A stretch of DNA of 64,000 bases from the human T2T-CHM13v2.0 reference genome, Homo sapiens. Each line of letters opens with the position of its first letter. Position 1 is the stretch's first letter. The notes under the pieces were generated by a model. That model searched no databases, was not told the DNA's origin, and saw only the letters and a program-made list of their open reading frames with translations. The stretch is taken from assembly GCA_009914755.4 (NCBI GenBank), contig CP086569.2:11168001-11232000 (forward strand), read 5' to 3'. The translations under genes and the position numbers were made by a program. Shown in pieces: positions 24,741 through 36,623 of the stretch.

Positions 24741-24902
24741 ATTGCATTCCATTCCGTCCCATTCCAATCCATTCTATTTCACTCCACCCCACTCCACTCC
24801 ATCCCATTCCATTCGATTCCATTCCACTCCACTCCACTCCACTCCACTCTACTCCATTCCATTCCAACCCATGCCATTCCATTGCACTCCATTGCATTCC
24901 AT

Positions 24903-25000
24903 TCCTTTCTCTTGACAGGATTTCACTGTGTCACCCAGGCTGGAGAGCACAGGCAGAATGTCAGCTCACATTACAGGTTAACTTTCCATTGCTTTGCATT
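24903..25000 (-). mobile_element. Alu 3'-end-derived spacer, subtype A
   Basis: A-type signature (variant). Confidence 0.65.
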
Positions 25001-25435
25001 CTATTCCATTGCATTTCTTTCCATTCCATTCCATTCTGTTCAATTCTATTCGATTCAATTCCATTCCGTTCCATTCCATTCCATGCGGTCCACTCCACTC
25101 TACTCCACTACATTCCATTACATCCGATTTCATTCCACTCCATTCCACTCCACTACACTCTACTCCACTCCATCCCATTCCATTCCGCTCTATTCCACTG
25201 CACTGCACTGCACCTCAATCCACTCAACTTCATTCCATTCCATTCCATCCCATTCCATTCCTCTCCATTCCACTCCATTCTACTTCACACCACTCCACTC
25301 CAGTCCATTCCATTCCATTCCATTCCATTCCATTCCATTCCACTTCACTCCACTCCACTCCATTCCACTCCACTGCACACCACTCCACTCCATTCCAATC
25401 CTTCCCATTCCATTCAGCTCCATTCCACTCTATTA

Positions 25436-25490
25436 CTGAGCATGGATCTCAGTGTCACAATCTAAGCTCACATTTTATTTCACAATTCCA
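25436..25490 (-). mobile_element. Alu 3'-end-derived spacer, internally deleted copy
   Basis: CATGGATCTCAGTGTCACAATCTAAGCTCACATTTTATTTCAC. It lacks the CCCAGGCTGGAGTGCAGTGG core and the poly-T tract. Confidence 0.4.
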
Positions 25491-26003
25491 TTCCATTCAA
25501 TTCCATTCTATTCCATTACATTCCATTTCACTCCGTTCCACTTCACTCCACTCCAATACACTACATTCCATTACATCCGTTTCTATTCCACTCCATTACA
25601 CTCCTCCCCACTCCACTGAACTCCACGCCACTTCATTCCACTTCAACCCATTCAATTCCGCTCCTTTGCACTGCACTCCACTCAACCCCAATCCACTCAA
25701 CTTCATTTATTTCCATTCCACCCCATTCCATTCCTCTCCATTCCACTCCACTCAAATTCACTCCACTCCATTCCATTCCACTCCATTCCACTCCACTCCA
25801 TTCCAGTCCACTCCACTCCATTCCATTCCATCCCATTCCATTCCACTCTTTTCCACTCCGTTCCACTCCACTCCACTCCATTGCAATCCACTACACTCCA
25901 ATCGAATTAATTCCACTCCATTCCATTCCATTCCATTCCATTCCATTCCATTCCATTCCATTCCATTCCATTCCATTCCATTTCACTCCAATACATTCCA
26001 TAC

Positions 26004-26095
26004 CTTTCTTTCGACAAGATATCACTGTGTCACCCAGGCTTGAGTGCAGTGGCACAATCTCAGCTCACATTACATGTCAACTTTCCATTGCATTG
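26004..26095 (-). mobile_element. Alu 3'-end-derived spacer, subtype A
   Basis: A-type signature. Confidence 0.7.
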
Positions 26096-26484
26096 CATTC
26101 TATTCCATTGTATTCCATTCCATTCCAATCAATTCCATTCCATTCCAATACATTCCATTCCATTCAAGAAAATTCCATTCCATCCCGTTCCACTCCACTC
26201 CACTCCACTCCACTACATTTCATTACATCAGAATCCATTCCACTCCATTCCACTCCTTTCCACTCCACTGCACACCACTCCACTCCATTCCAATCCTTCC
26301 CATTCCATTCAGCTCCATTCCACTGCAGTCCACACCACCCCACTCCCCTCCAATTCATTCCATTCCATTCCGTCCCATTCCATTCCTCTCCATTCCACTC
26401 TACTCCATTTCACTCCACTCCTCTCTACTGCTGTTCATTCCATTCCCTTCCACTCCATTCCATTCCACTGCTTTCCGTTCCATT

Positions 26485-26565
26485 CCTTTCTTTTGAGAGT
26501 ATCTCACTCTCTCACCCAGCCTGGAGCACAGTGGCACAAACTCAGCTCATACTTCATTACAATTC
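26485..26565 (-). mobile_element. Alu 3'-end-derived spacer, subtype C3
   Basis: C3-type signature. Confidence 0.7.
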
Positions 26566-26715
26566 CATTGCATTGCATTCCATTCTATTCCATTCCATTC
26601 CATTCCATTCCATTCCATTCCATTCCATTCCATTCCACTTCACTCCACTCCACTCCATTCCACTCCACTCCACTCTAATCCATTCCATTCCATTCCAATC
26701 CCTTCCTTTTCTCTC

Positions 26716-26795
26716 CTTTCTTTCGACAGGATCTCCCTCTGTCACAGAGGCTGTAGCCTAGTGTCACAATCTCAGCACACATTTCCCTTCACCTT
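26716..26795 (-). mobile_element. Alu 3'-end-derived spacer, subtype D
   Basis: D-type signature. Confidence 0.65.
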
Positions 26796-27149
26796 TCCGT
26801 TCTGTTTTTTTCCTTTCCATTCTGTAACATTCCGTTCCACTCCACTCCACTCTATTCCACTCCACTCCACTCGGTTTCATTCCACTTTATTTGATTCCAC
26901 TCTATTGCACTGCACTCCATTCCACCCCACTCCACTCCATTCCACCCCACTCCACTCCATTCCACTCCATTCCATTCGGCTCCATTGCACTTCTCTCCAC
27001 TCCACCCCACTCCACTCCACTCCACTGCATTCCACTCCTCTCCACTCCACTACACTACATTCAACTCCACTCTACTCCACTCCATTCCACTCCCCTCCAC
27101 TCCACTCCACTCCACTCCATTCCATTCTATTACACTCTAGTCCATTCCA

Positions 27150-27235
27150 TTTCTTTCTTTCCCCAGGATCTCACTCTGTTACAAAAGTTGGAGTGCAGTG
27201 GCAGAATCTCAGCTCACATTTCTTTTCATCATTCC
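27150..27235 (-). mobile_element. Alu 3'-end-derived spacer, subtype B
   Basis: B-type signature. Confidence 0.7.
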
Positions 27236-27404
27236 TTTGCTTTCCCTTCCATTCCATTCCACTCAATTTCACTCCACTCCACTGCATTCCATTCCACTCG
27301 ATCCCATTCCATTCAACTCAATTCCACTCCACTCCACTTCACTCCACTCCACTCCAGTCCACTCCATTCCATTCCATTCCATTTCAGACCATTGCATTCC
27401 ATTC

Positions 27405-27500
27405 CTATCTTTCAACAGGATATCACTGGGTCACCCAGGCTGGAGTGCAGTGGCACAATATCAACTCACATTACATGTCAACATACAATTGCATTGCGAT
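27405..27500 (-). mobile_element. Alu 3'-end-derived spacer, subtype A
   Basis: A-type signature. Confidence 0.7.
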
Positions 27501-27824
27501 CTATTCCATTGCTTTCCATTGCATTCCATTCCTTTCCATTCCATTCCATGCAATTCAATTCCATCCCACTACATTCCACTACATTCCATTACATCTGATT
27601 CCATTCCACTACATTCCACTCCTCTCCACTCTACTGCACTCCACTCTACTCCATTCCACTCCATCCCATTTCATTCCACTTCATGCCGCTGCACTCCACT
27701 CTACCCTACTCCACTCCACTTCATTCAATTCCATCCCATTCCATTCCTCTCCATTCCATTCCACTCCACTTCCCTCCACTCCACTACATTCCTCTCTATT
27801 CCATTCCACTGCATTTCATTCCAT

Positions 27825-27905
27825 TCCTTTCTTTAGAGAGTATGTCACTCTGTCACCCATCCTGGAGCACAATGTCACAATCCCATCTCACATTTCATTT
27901 CACCA
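27825..27905 (-). mobile_element. Alu 3'-end-derived spacer, subtype C3
   Basis: C3-type signature. Confidence 0.65.
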
Positions 27906-28117
27906 TTCCGTTCCATTCCATTCCATTCCATTCCATTCCAGTCCATTCCAGTCCACTCCACTGCACTCCGCTCCATTCCAATCTATTCCACTCAACTCCA
28001 CTCCACTCTATTCCAGTTCACTCCACTCCTTTCAATTCCATCCAGTTCCAATGCACTGTTTTCCACTCCACTGCACTCCACTCCATTGCAGTCCATTCCA
28101 CGCCATTTCATTTCATT

Positions 28118-28200
28118 CCTTTCTTTTGACAGGATCTCACTCTGTTACCCAGGCAGGTGTGCAATGGCACAATCTCAGCTCACATTTCATTTCACCATTA
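28118..28200 (-). mobile_element. Alu 3'-end-derived spacer, subtype C1
   Basis: C1-type signature. Confidence 0.7.
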
Positions 28201-28305
28201 AATTCCATTGCATTCTATTCCACTGCACTCCACTACACTCAATTTCATTCGACTCCACTCCAATCCATTCTATTCCATTCCATTCCATTCCATTCCGTTC
28301 CATTC

Positions 28306-28340
28306 CGTTCCGTTCCGTTCCGTTCCGTTCCGTTCCGTTC
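28306..28340 (+). repeat. (CGTTC)7 CpG-retaining variant-pentamer run
   Basis: CGTTCCGTTCCGTTCCGTTCCGTTCCGTTCCGTTC read directly. Confidence 0.9.
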
Positions 28341-28380
28341 CATTCCATTCCATTCCATTCCAATCCCTTCCATTCAATTC

Positions 28381-28460
28381 CTTTCTTTCAACAGGATCTT
28401 CCTCTGTCACACAGGCTGTAGTGTAATGGACCAATCTCAGCACATATTTCTTTTCACTAT
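28381..28460 (-). mobile_element. Alu 3'-end-derived spacer, subtype D
   Basis: D-type signature. Confidence 0.65.
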
Positions 28461-28735
28461 TCCATTCCAGTTCTTTCCATTCCATTCTGTTCCATTCCGT
28501 TCCATTCCATTCCATTCCATTCCACTCCACTCTTCTCCACTCCACTCCACTCCTCTCAGTTCCCTCCACTCCATTCTAATCCACTCCACTCCTTTCCACT
28601 CCATTCCACTCCACTCCACTCCATTCCACTCCACTCCACTCCATTCCACTCCACCCCACTCCATTCCATTCCAGTCCACTCCACTCCACTTCACTCCATT
28701 CCACTCCATTCCATTCCACTCCATTCCATTCCATT

Positions 28736-28815
28736 CCTTTCTTTCCACAGGATCCCAATCTGTCACAAAGTCTGGAGTGTAGTTGCACAATCTCAGCTCA
28801 CATTTCTTTTGACCA
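28736..28815 (-). mobile_element. Alu 3'-end-derived spacer, subtype B
   Basis: B-type signature. Confidence 0.7.
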
Positions 28816-29022
28816 TTCCATTGCCTTCCATTCCGTCCCATTCCATTACACTCTATTGCACTCCACTCCACTCTACTACACTCCACTCCACTCAAATCCA
28901 TTCCATTCCATCCCATTCCATTCGATTCCATTCCACTCCACTCCATTGAACTGCACTCCACTCCATTCCCTTCCATTCCATTGCAACCATTCCATTCCAT
29001 TTCACTCCATTGCATTCCATTC

Positions 29023-29120
29023 CTTTCTTTTGGCAGGATATCACTGTGTCACCCAGGCTGGAGTGCAGTGGCACAATCTCAGCTCACATTACTTCTCAAC
29101 TTTCCATTGCATTGCATTCT
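29023..29120 (-). mobile_element. Alu 3'-end-derived spacer, subtype A
   Basis: A-type signature (TTTTGGCAGGATATCACTGTGTCACCCAGGCTGGAGTGCAGTGGCACAATCTCAGCTCACATTACTTCTCAACTTTCC). Confidence 0.75.
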
Positions 29121-29642
29121 GTTCAATTGCATTCCATTGCATCCCATTCCATTTCATTCCATTGCACTCCATTCCATTCAATTCCACTCCGTTGCACTCA
29201 ACTCCACTCCACTGCTTTCCATCACATCCGATTCCATTCCACTCCATTCCACACCTCTCCACTCCACTGCACTCCACGACAATCCATTCAACTACATCCC
29301 ATTCCATTCCACTCCACTCCACTCCACCATATTCCACTCAAGTTCATTCCATTCAATTCCATCCTATTCCGTTCTTCTGTATTCCACTCCGCTCCCTCCA
29401 CTCCTCTCCATTCCACTCCACTCCTTTCCACTCCACTCCATTCCACTCCTCTCCATTCCATTCCACTCCACTCTACTCCATTCCACTCCACTCCGTTCCA
29501 CTCCATGCCACTCCACTCCACTCCACCCCACTCCACCCACTCCGTTTCACTCCATTCCACTGCACTCCATTCCACTCTACTCCACTACATTCTCTTCCAT
29601 TCCACTCCACTCCATCCCACTCCACTCCATTCCATTCCATTC

Positions 29643-29725
29643 CTTTCTTTCCACAGGATCTCACTCTGTCACAAAGTCTGGAGTGAACTGGCACAATCTC
29701 AACACATATTTCTTTTCAGCGTTCT
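29643..29725 (-). mobile_element. Alu 3'-end-derived spacer, subtype B
   Basis: B-type signature. Confidence 0.7.
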
Positions 29726-29874
29726 ATTGCATTCTATTAAATCTTATTCCATTCCACTCTATTTTGCTCCTCTCCACTCCATTCCATTCCACTGCAGAAC
29801 GTTCCAATCGACTCCACTCCACTCCAATTCATTCCATTCCATTCCATTCCATTTAACTCCTTTGCATTCCATTA

Positions 29875-29970
29875 CTTTCTTTCGACAGGATATCACTGTG
29901 TCACTCAGGCTGTGGTGCAGTGGAACAATCTCATCTCACATTACATGCCAACTTGCCATTTTATTGCATT
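29875..29970 (-). mobile_element. Alu 3'-end-derived spacer, subtype A
   Basis: A-type signature. Confidence 0.7.
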
Positions 29971-30292
29971 CTATTCCATTGCATTCCATTCTATTCCATT
30001 CCATTCAATTCCAGTATATTCGACTCCATTCCACTCCACTGCACTCCACTCCACTACATTCAATTACATCCGATTCCATTCCACTCCACTCCACTCCTGT
30101 CCACACCACTGCAATCCAATCCATTCCATTCCACTCCATCCCATTGCATTACCCTCCCATACACTGTAATCCTCTCCCCCGCACTCCATTCCACTTCATT
30201 CCATTCCATTCCATTCCTCTCCATTCCACTCCACTCCACTCCCCTCCAGTCCACGCCATTCCATTCCATTCCACAGCATTCCATTCCATTCA

Positions 30293-30370
30293 TCTTTGGA
30301 GATTATCTCACTCTGTCACCCAGCCTGGAGTGCAGTGGCATAATCTCAGCTCACATTTTATTTCACCATT
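30293..30370 (-). mobile_element. Alu 3'-end-derived spacer, subtype C3
   Basis: C3-type signature (GAGATTATCTCACTCTGTCACCCAGCCTGGAGTGCAGTGGCATAATCTCAGCTCAC). Confidence 0.7.
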
Positions 30371-30551
30371 CCAGTCCATTTTATTCCATTCCATTCCACT
30401 CCACTCTTCTCCATGCCAATCGATTCCACTCCACTTCACTCCACTCCATTCCAGTCCACTCCACTCCTTTCCATTCCATTCCATTTCATTCCACTCCTTT
30501 CCACTCCACTCCACTCAACTCCACTCCATTCTACTCCATTCCATTCCATTC

Positions 30552-30630
30552 CTTTCTTTTGACACCATCTCACTCTGTTACCCAGACTGATGTGCAGTGG
30601 CTCAATCTCAGCTCAAATTTCATTTCACAT
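30552..30630 (-). mobile_element. Alu 3'-end-derived spacer, subtype C1
   Basis: C1-type signature. Confidence 0.65.
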
Positions 30631-30756
30631 TCCATTCCATTCCATTGCATTGCATTCCATTCCATTCCAATGCACTCCACTCCTCGCCACTCAATTCCAC
30701 TCCACTCTACTCCAGTCCATTCCTTTCCATTACATTCCAATCCCTTCTATTCCACT

Positions 30757-30835
30757 CCTTTCTTTCAACAGGATCTCCCTCTCTCACACAGGCTGCAGTT
30801 TAGTGGCACAATCTCAGCACACATTTCTTTGCAAC
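30757..30835 (-). mobile_element. Alu 3'-end-derived spacer, subtype D
   Basis: D-type signature. Confidence 0.65.
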
Positions 30836-31218
30836 ATTCCATTGCATTCCATTCCATTCCATTCCACTCCGTTCCTCTCCACTCCACTCCACCCAATTCC
30901 AATCCACTCCATTCCACTCCACTCCACTCTACTCCCTTCCACTCCACTCCACTCCAGTCCACTCCATTCCAATCTACTCCGTTCCACTCCACTCCAATGC
31001 ACTCCTCTCCATTCCATTCCTTTCTGCACCATTCCACTGCAATCCACTCCACCCCAATCGACTCCACTCCACTCCACTACTTTCCACTCCAGTCTACTCC
31101 ACTCCATTCCATTAAGCTCCACTCCACTCCATTACATTAAGCTCCACTCCATTTCACTTCACTCCATTCAACTCCACTCCACTCCTTTCCATTCCATTCC
31201 ACTCCATTCTATTCCACT

Positions 31219-31300
31219 CCTTTCTTTCCACCGGGTCTCTCTCTTTCACAAAGTTTGTAGTGCAGTGGCACAATCTCAGCTTATATTTATTTTCACCATT
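31219..31300 (-). mobile_element. Alu 3'-end-derived spacer, subtype B
   Basis: B-type signature. Confidence 0.65.
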
Positions 31301-31485
31301 TCATTGCATTCCATTCCATCCCATTCCATTCCACTCTTTTTCACTCCTCTCCCCTCCACTCTATCCCATTTCACTCCATCCCATTCCATTTGATTCCATT
31401 CCACTCCACTCCACTCCACTCCACTCCATTCCGTTCCTTTCCATTCTATTCTATTCCATTCCATTGCTCTCCATTGCATTCCATT

Positions 31486-31580
31486 ACTTTCTTTCGATAG
31501 GATTTGACTGTGTCACACAGGTTGGAGTGTAGTGGCACAATCTCAGCTCACATTACATGTCAACTTTCCATTTCTTTTCA
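31486..31580 (-). mobile_element. Alu 3'-end-derived spacer, subtype A
   Basis: A-type signature. Confidence 0.7.
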
Positions 31581-31996
31581 TTCTATTCAATTGCATTCCA
31601 TTCCATTCCATTCCATTCCGTTCCGTTCCGTTCCATTCCGTTCCGTTCCATTCCATTTCATTTAATTCCATTCCATTCAACTCCTTTCCACTCCACTCCA
31701 CCCCACTCAACTACATTCCATTACATCCGATTCCGTTCCACTCCATTCCACTCCTCTCCACTCCACTCCACTCCACTCCACTCCACTCCATTCCACTCCA
31801 TCCCATTCCATTCGGCTCCATTCCACTGCACTCCCCTCCACCCCAATTCACTCCACTTCATTCCATTCTGTTCCATCCCATTCAATTCCTCTACATTCCA
31901 CTCCGATCCTCTTCACTCCACACCACTCCAGTCCACTCCATTTCATTGCATTCTCTTCCATTCCATTCCAGTCCATTCCACTCCATCTCATTCCAT

Positions 31997-32080
31997 TCCT
32001 TTCTTTTGAGAGTATTTCACTCTGTTACCAAGACTAGAGTGCAGTGGCACAATCTCAGCTCCCATTTCATTTCACCATTC
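31997..32080 (-). mobile_element. Alu 3'-end-derived spacer, subtype C3
   Basis: C3-type signature. Confidence 0.65.
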
Positions 32081-32388
32081 CAATCCATTCCATTCCATTA
32101 TATTCCACTCTGTTCAATGCCACTCCACTACATTCCATTACATCCGATTCCACTCCATTCCATTCCTCTCCTCTCTACTCCACTACACTCCACTACATTC
32201 CATTCCACTCCATCACCTTCCATTCGGCTCCATTCCACTGCAGTCCACTCCACCCTAATCCAATCCACTTCATTCCATCCCATTCCATCCCATTCCATTC
32301 CTCTTCATTCCACTCCAATCCACTTAACTCCACCCACTCCGTTCCAGTCCACTCCATTTCATTGCATTCCATTCCATTCCACTCCATT

Positions 32389-32470
32389 CCTTTCTTTTGA
32401 GATTATCTCACTCTGATACCAATCCTATAGCACAGTGGCAAATTCTCAGCTCACATTTCATTTCACCATT
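32389..32470 (-). mobile_element. Alu 3'-end-derived spacer, subtype C3
   Basis: C3-type signature (diverged). Confidence 0.55.
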
Positions 32471-32735
32471 CCTTTCCATTCCATTTTATTCCTTTGCATT
32501 CCATTCCATTCCACTCCACTCTACTCCAATCATCTCCACTCCATTCCATTCCACTCTGTTCCAGTCCACTCCTCTCCATTCCATTCCATCCCATTTCATT
32601 CCACTCATTTCCACTCCATTCCACTCCACTCCATTCTACTCCACTCAAATCCTCTGCTCTCCACTGCACTCCACTCCACAAAATTGCTCTCCAATCCATT
32701 CCATTCCATTCCATTTCACTCCATTGCATTCCATT

Positions 32736-32830
32736 CCTTTCTTTCCACAGGATATCACTGTGTTACCCAGGCTTGAGTACAGTGGCACAATCTCAGCTCA
32801 CACTTCATATCCAGTTTCCATTGCATTCCA
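32736..32830 (-). mobile_element. Alu 3'-end-derived spacer, subtype A
   Basis: A-type signature. Confidence 0.65.
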
Positions 32831-33162
32831 TTCTATTCCATTCCATTCCATTCCGTTAAATTCCTTTCCATTCCCTTCCACTCCACTCCACTACGTTTCA
32901 TTACATCCAATTCCATTCTACTCTATTCCACTTCTCTCCACTTCACTGCACACTACTTCACTTCATTCCACTCCATCCCATTACATTCCGCTCCATTACT
33001 CTGCACTCCACTCCACCCCACTCCACTCCTGTTGATTCCATTCTATTCAATCCCATTCTATTCTTCTCCATTCCACTCTACTCCACTTCACTCAATTCCA
33101 CTCCACTGCAGTCCAATCCTTTCCATTCCATTCCATTCCATTCCACTGCGTTTCATTCCATT

Positions 33163-33240
33163 CCTTTCTTTCGAGACTATCTCACTCTGTCACCCAGCCT
33201 TTAAGCAGAGTGCACAAACTAAGTTCACATTTCATTACCA
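33163..33240 (-). mobile_element. Alu 3'-end-derived spacer, subtype C3
   Basis: C3-type signature (diverged). Confidence 0.55.
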
Positions 33241-33325
33241 TTCCATTCCATTTCTTTCCTCTACACTCCAGTACTCCTCTCCACTCCATTCCATTCCATT
33301 CCATTTTACTCCATTGCATTGCATT

Positions 33326-33410
33326 CCTTTCTTTTGACAGGTTCTTCCTCTGTCACCCAGGCTGGTGTGTTGTAGCACAATCTCGGCTCACATTTCATTT
33401 CACCAATCCA
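33326..33410 (-). mobile_element. Alu 3'-end-derived spacer, subtype C1
   Basis: C1-type signature. Confidence 0.65.
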
Positions 33411-33502
33411 TTCCACTACACGCCACTCCACTCCACTGAATTCCACTCCACTCCACTGCAATCCATTCCTTTCCATTACATTCCATTCCATTCCTACTAT
33501 TT

Positions 33503-33585
33503 CATTTCTTTCTTTTGACAGGATCTCCCTCTGTCACACAGGCTGTAGCATAGTGGTAAAATCTCAGCACACGTTCCTTTTCACC
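33503..33585 (-). mobile_element. Alu 3'-end-derived spacer, subtype D
   Basis: D-type signature. Confidence 0.65.
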
Positions 33586-33673
33586 ATTCCATTCCATTCC
33601 ATTCCACTGCATTCCACTCCACCCCACTCCACTCCTCCCCATTCCATTCCATTCCACTCCTTTCAATCCCATT

Positions 33674-33755
33674 CCTTTCTTTCCACAGGATCTCACCCTG
33701 CCACAAATGCTGGAGTTCTGTGGCACAATCTCAGCTCACTTTTCTTTTCACTATT
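33674..33755 (-). mobile_element. Alu 3'-end-derived spacer, subtype B
   Basis: B-type signature. Confidence 0.65.
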
Positions 33756-33935
33756 CCATTGCATTCTATTCCATCCCATTACATTCCACTTTATTTCACT
33801 CCACTCCACTCTAATCCACTCCACTCCACTCCATTCCACTTCACTTCATCCCATTCCATTCGACTCCATTACACTCACCTCCACTCCATTCAATTCCTTT
33901 CCGTTCCATTTCTTTTCACACCATTGCATTCCATT

Positions 33936-34035
33936 CCTTTCTCTCAACAGGATGTCACTGTGTCCCCCAGGCTGGAGTGCAGTGGAACAATCTCAGCTCA
34001 CATTACATGTCAGCTTTCCATTTCATTGCATTCTA
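33936..34035 (-). mobile_element. Alu 3'-end-derived spacer, subtype A
   Basis: A-type signature. Confidence 0.7.
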
Positions 34036-34385
34036 TTCCATTGCATTCCATTCCATTCCATTGCATTCCATTACATTCCACTCCACTCCACTCCACATCA
34101 TTACATTAAATCTGATTCCACTCCACTGCACTCCACTACATTTCATTACTTCTGATTCCATTCCACTCCTCTCCACTCCACTGTACACCACTACACTCAA
34201 TTCCACTCCATCCCCTTCCATTCCGCTCCATTCCACTGCACTCCACTCCACCCCACTCCACTCCACTTCATTCCATTCCACTTCATGCCATTCCATTCCT
34301 CTCCATTCCACTCTACTCCACTTAACTCCATTTCACTCCACTGCAGGCCACTCCATTCCATTCAGTTCCACTGCATTCCATTCCA

Positions 34386-34465
34386 TTCCTTTCTTTTGAG
34401 AGTACCTCGCTCTGTCACCCAGCCTGGAGTGCAGTGGCAGAAATTCAGTTCACATTTCGTTACTA
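34386..34465 (-). mobile_element. Alu 3'-end-derived spacer, subtype C3
   Basis: C3-type signature. Confidence 0.65.
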
Positions 34466-34572
34466 TTCGATTCCACTCCATTCCATTCCACTGTACTCCA
34501 CTCCACTCAATTCCTCTCCATTCCACTCCAACTGATTCCATTCCATTCCATTCCAATCTCTTCCATTCAACT

Positions 34573-34655
34573 CCTTTCTTTCAACAGGATCTCCCGCTGT
34601 CACACAGGCTGTTGCCTAGTGGCACAGTCTCAGCACACATTTCTTTTTGCAATTC
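34573..34655 (-). mobile_element. Alu 3'-end-derived spacer, subtype D
   Basis: D-type signature. Confidence 0.65.
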
Positions 34656-35059
34656 CATTCCATTCCATTCCATTCCATTCCATTCCACGCCCCTCCATTC
34701 CACTCCACTTCGTTACATTCCACTTTACTCCACTCCACTCCATTCCACTCCACTCCACTCCATTCCATTCCAGTTTATTCTATTCCACTCCATTGCACTG
34801 CACTCCATTCCACCCCACTCCTCTCCATTCCACTCCATTCCATTCCTCTCCATTGCACTGTAATCCACTCCATCCCTCTCCACTCCACTCTACTCCACCA
34901 CATTCCACTCCACTCCACTCCATTCCAATCCACTCCATTCCACTCCCCTCCATTCCACTCCTCTCCATTCCTCTCCACTACACTCCACTTCACTCCACTC
35001 CACTCCATTACACTACACTCCAATCCATTCCATTCCATTACTCTCCATTCAATTCCATT

Positions 35060-35145
35060 ACTTTCCTTCCACAGGATCTCACTCTGTTACAAAGTTTGGA
35101 GTGCAATGGCACAATCTCAACTCACATTTCTTTTCATCATTCCAT
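35060..35145 (-). mobile_element. Alu 3'-end-derived spacer, subtype B
   Basis: B-type signature. Confidence 0.65.
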
Positions 35146-35306
35146 TGCATTCCATTCCATTACACTCAGTTTCACTCCACTCCATGCCACTCCATTCCAT
35201 TCTCCTCCATCCCATTCTATTCGACTCCATTCCACTCAACTCCACTCCACTCCACTTCAGTCCTCTCCATTCCATTCCACTAAATTCCAGTGCCTTCCAT
35301 TCCATT

Positions 35307-35390
35307 AGTTTCTTTCGAGAGTATCTCACTCTGTCACCCAGGCTGGAGCGCAGTGGCACAATTTCAGCTCACATTTCATTTCACCATTCC
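35307..35390 (-). mobile_element. Alu 3'-end-derived spacer, subtype C3
   Basis: C3-type signature. Confidence 0.7.
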
Positions 35391-35563
35391 ATTCCATTCC
35401 ATTCCATTCCATTCCATTCCATTCCATTCCATTCCACTCTAATCCATTAAACTCCACTCCACTACACTCCATTCAATTCCACTCCATCCCATTCCATGCC
35501 ACTCCTTTCCACTCCAGTCCACTACACTCTGTACCATTCATTTCCACTCCATTCCATTCCCTT

Positions 35564-35650
35564 GCTTTCTTTTGACAGTATCTCACTCTGTCACCCAGGC
35601 TGGTGTGCAGTGACACAGTCTCAGGTCACATTTCATTTCACCATTCCATT
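35564..35650 (-). mobile_element. Alu 3'-end-derived spacer, subtype C1
   Basis: C1-type signature. Confidence 0.7.
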
Positions 35651-35789
35651 GCATTTCATTCCGTTCCATTATATTCCATTCCACTCCATTCGACTGCACT
35701 CCACTCCGATCCACTCAATTCCACTGCACTCCACTGGAATCCATTCCATTATATTCTATTCCATTCCAATCCTTTAAATTCCGCTCCAT

Positions 35790-35870
35790 TCTTTCAAAAT
35801 GATCTCCCTCTGACACACAGGCTGTAACATAGTGGCACAATCTCAGCACACATTCCTTTTCACCATTCCA
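35790..35870 (-). mobile_element. Alu 3'-end-derived spacer, subtype D
   Basis: D-type signature. Confidence 0.65.
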
Positions 35871-36202
35871 TTCCGTTCTGTTCCGTTCCACTCCATTGCA
35901 TTCTGTTCCATTCCATTCCATTCTGTTCCACTCCTTTCCACTCCAATCCACTCCACTCCATTCCATTTCACTCCATGTCATTTCAATCCACTCCACTCCA
36001 GTCCATTACACTCCAATTCACTCCACCCCACTCCATGCCATTCCACTACGTTCCATTCCGTTCCATTGCACTGCACTCCACTCCACCACACTCCACTCTA
36101 CTCCAGTCCACGCTATTGCACTGCACTCCACTCCACTTCACTCCACTCCACTCCAATCCATTCAAATCCATTGGATTCCATTTCAATCATTGTATTCCAT
36201 TC

Positions 36203-36300
36203 CTTTCTTTCAACAGGATATCACTGTGTCACCCAGGCTGGAGTGCAGTGGCACAATCGCAGCTCACATTACATGTCAACTTTCCTTTGCATTGCATTCT
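36203..36300 (-). mobile_element. Alu 3'-end-derived spacer, subtype A
   Basis: A-type signature. Confidence 0.75.
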
Positions 36301-36623
36301 ATAACATTGCATTGCATTCCATTCCATTCCATTTCACTCCGTTCCACTCCAATCTATTCCAATCCACAACATTCCATTACATCCGATTCCATTCCACGCC
36401 ATTCCACTCCCCTCACCTCCACTGCACTCCATGCCACTGCATTCCACTGCATCCTTTTCCATTCCACTCCGTTAGTCAGCACTCCCTTCTTCCTGACTCC
36501 ACTCCACTTCATTCCATTCCATTCCTTCCCATTCCATTACACTCCTTTCTCCTCCACTACACTTTACTCCACTCCACTCCAGTCCACTGCATTCCATTCC
36601 ATTCCACTGCATTCCATTCCATT

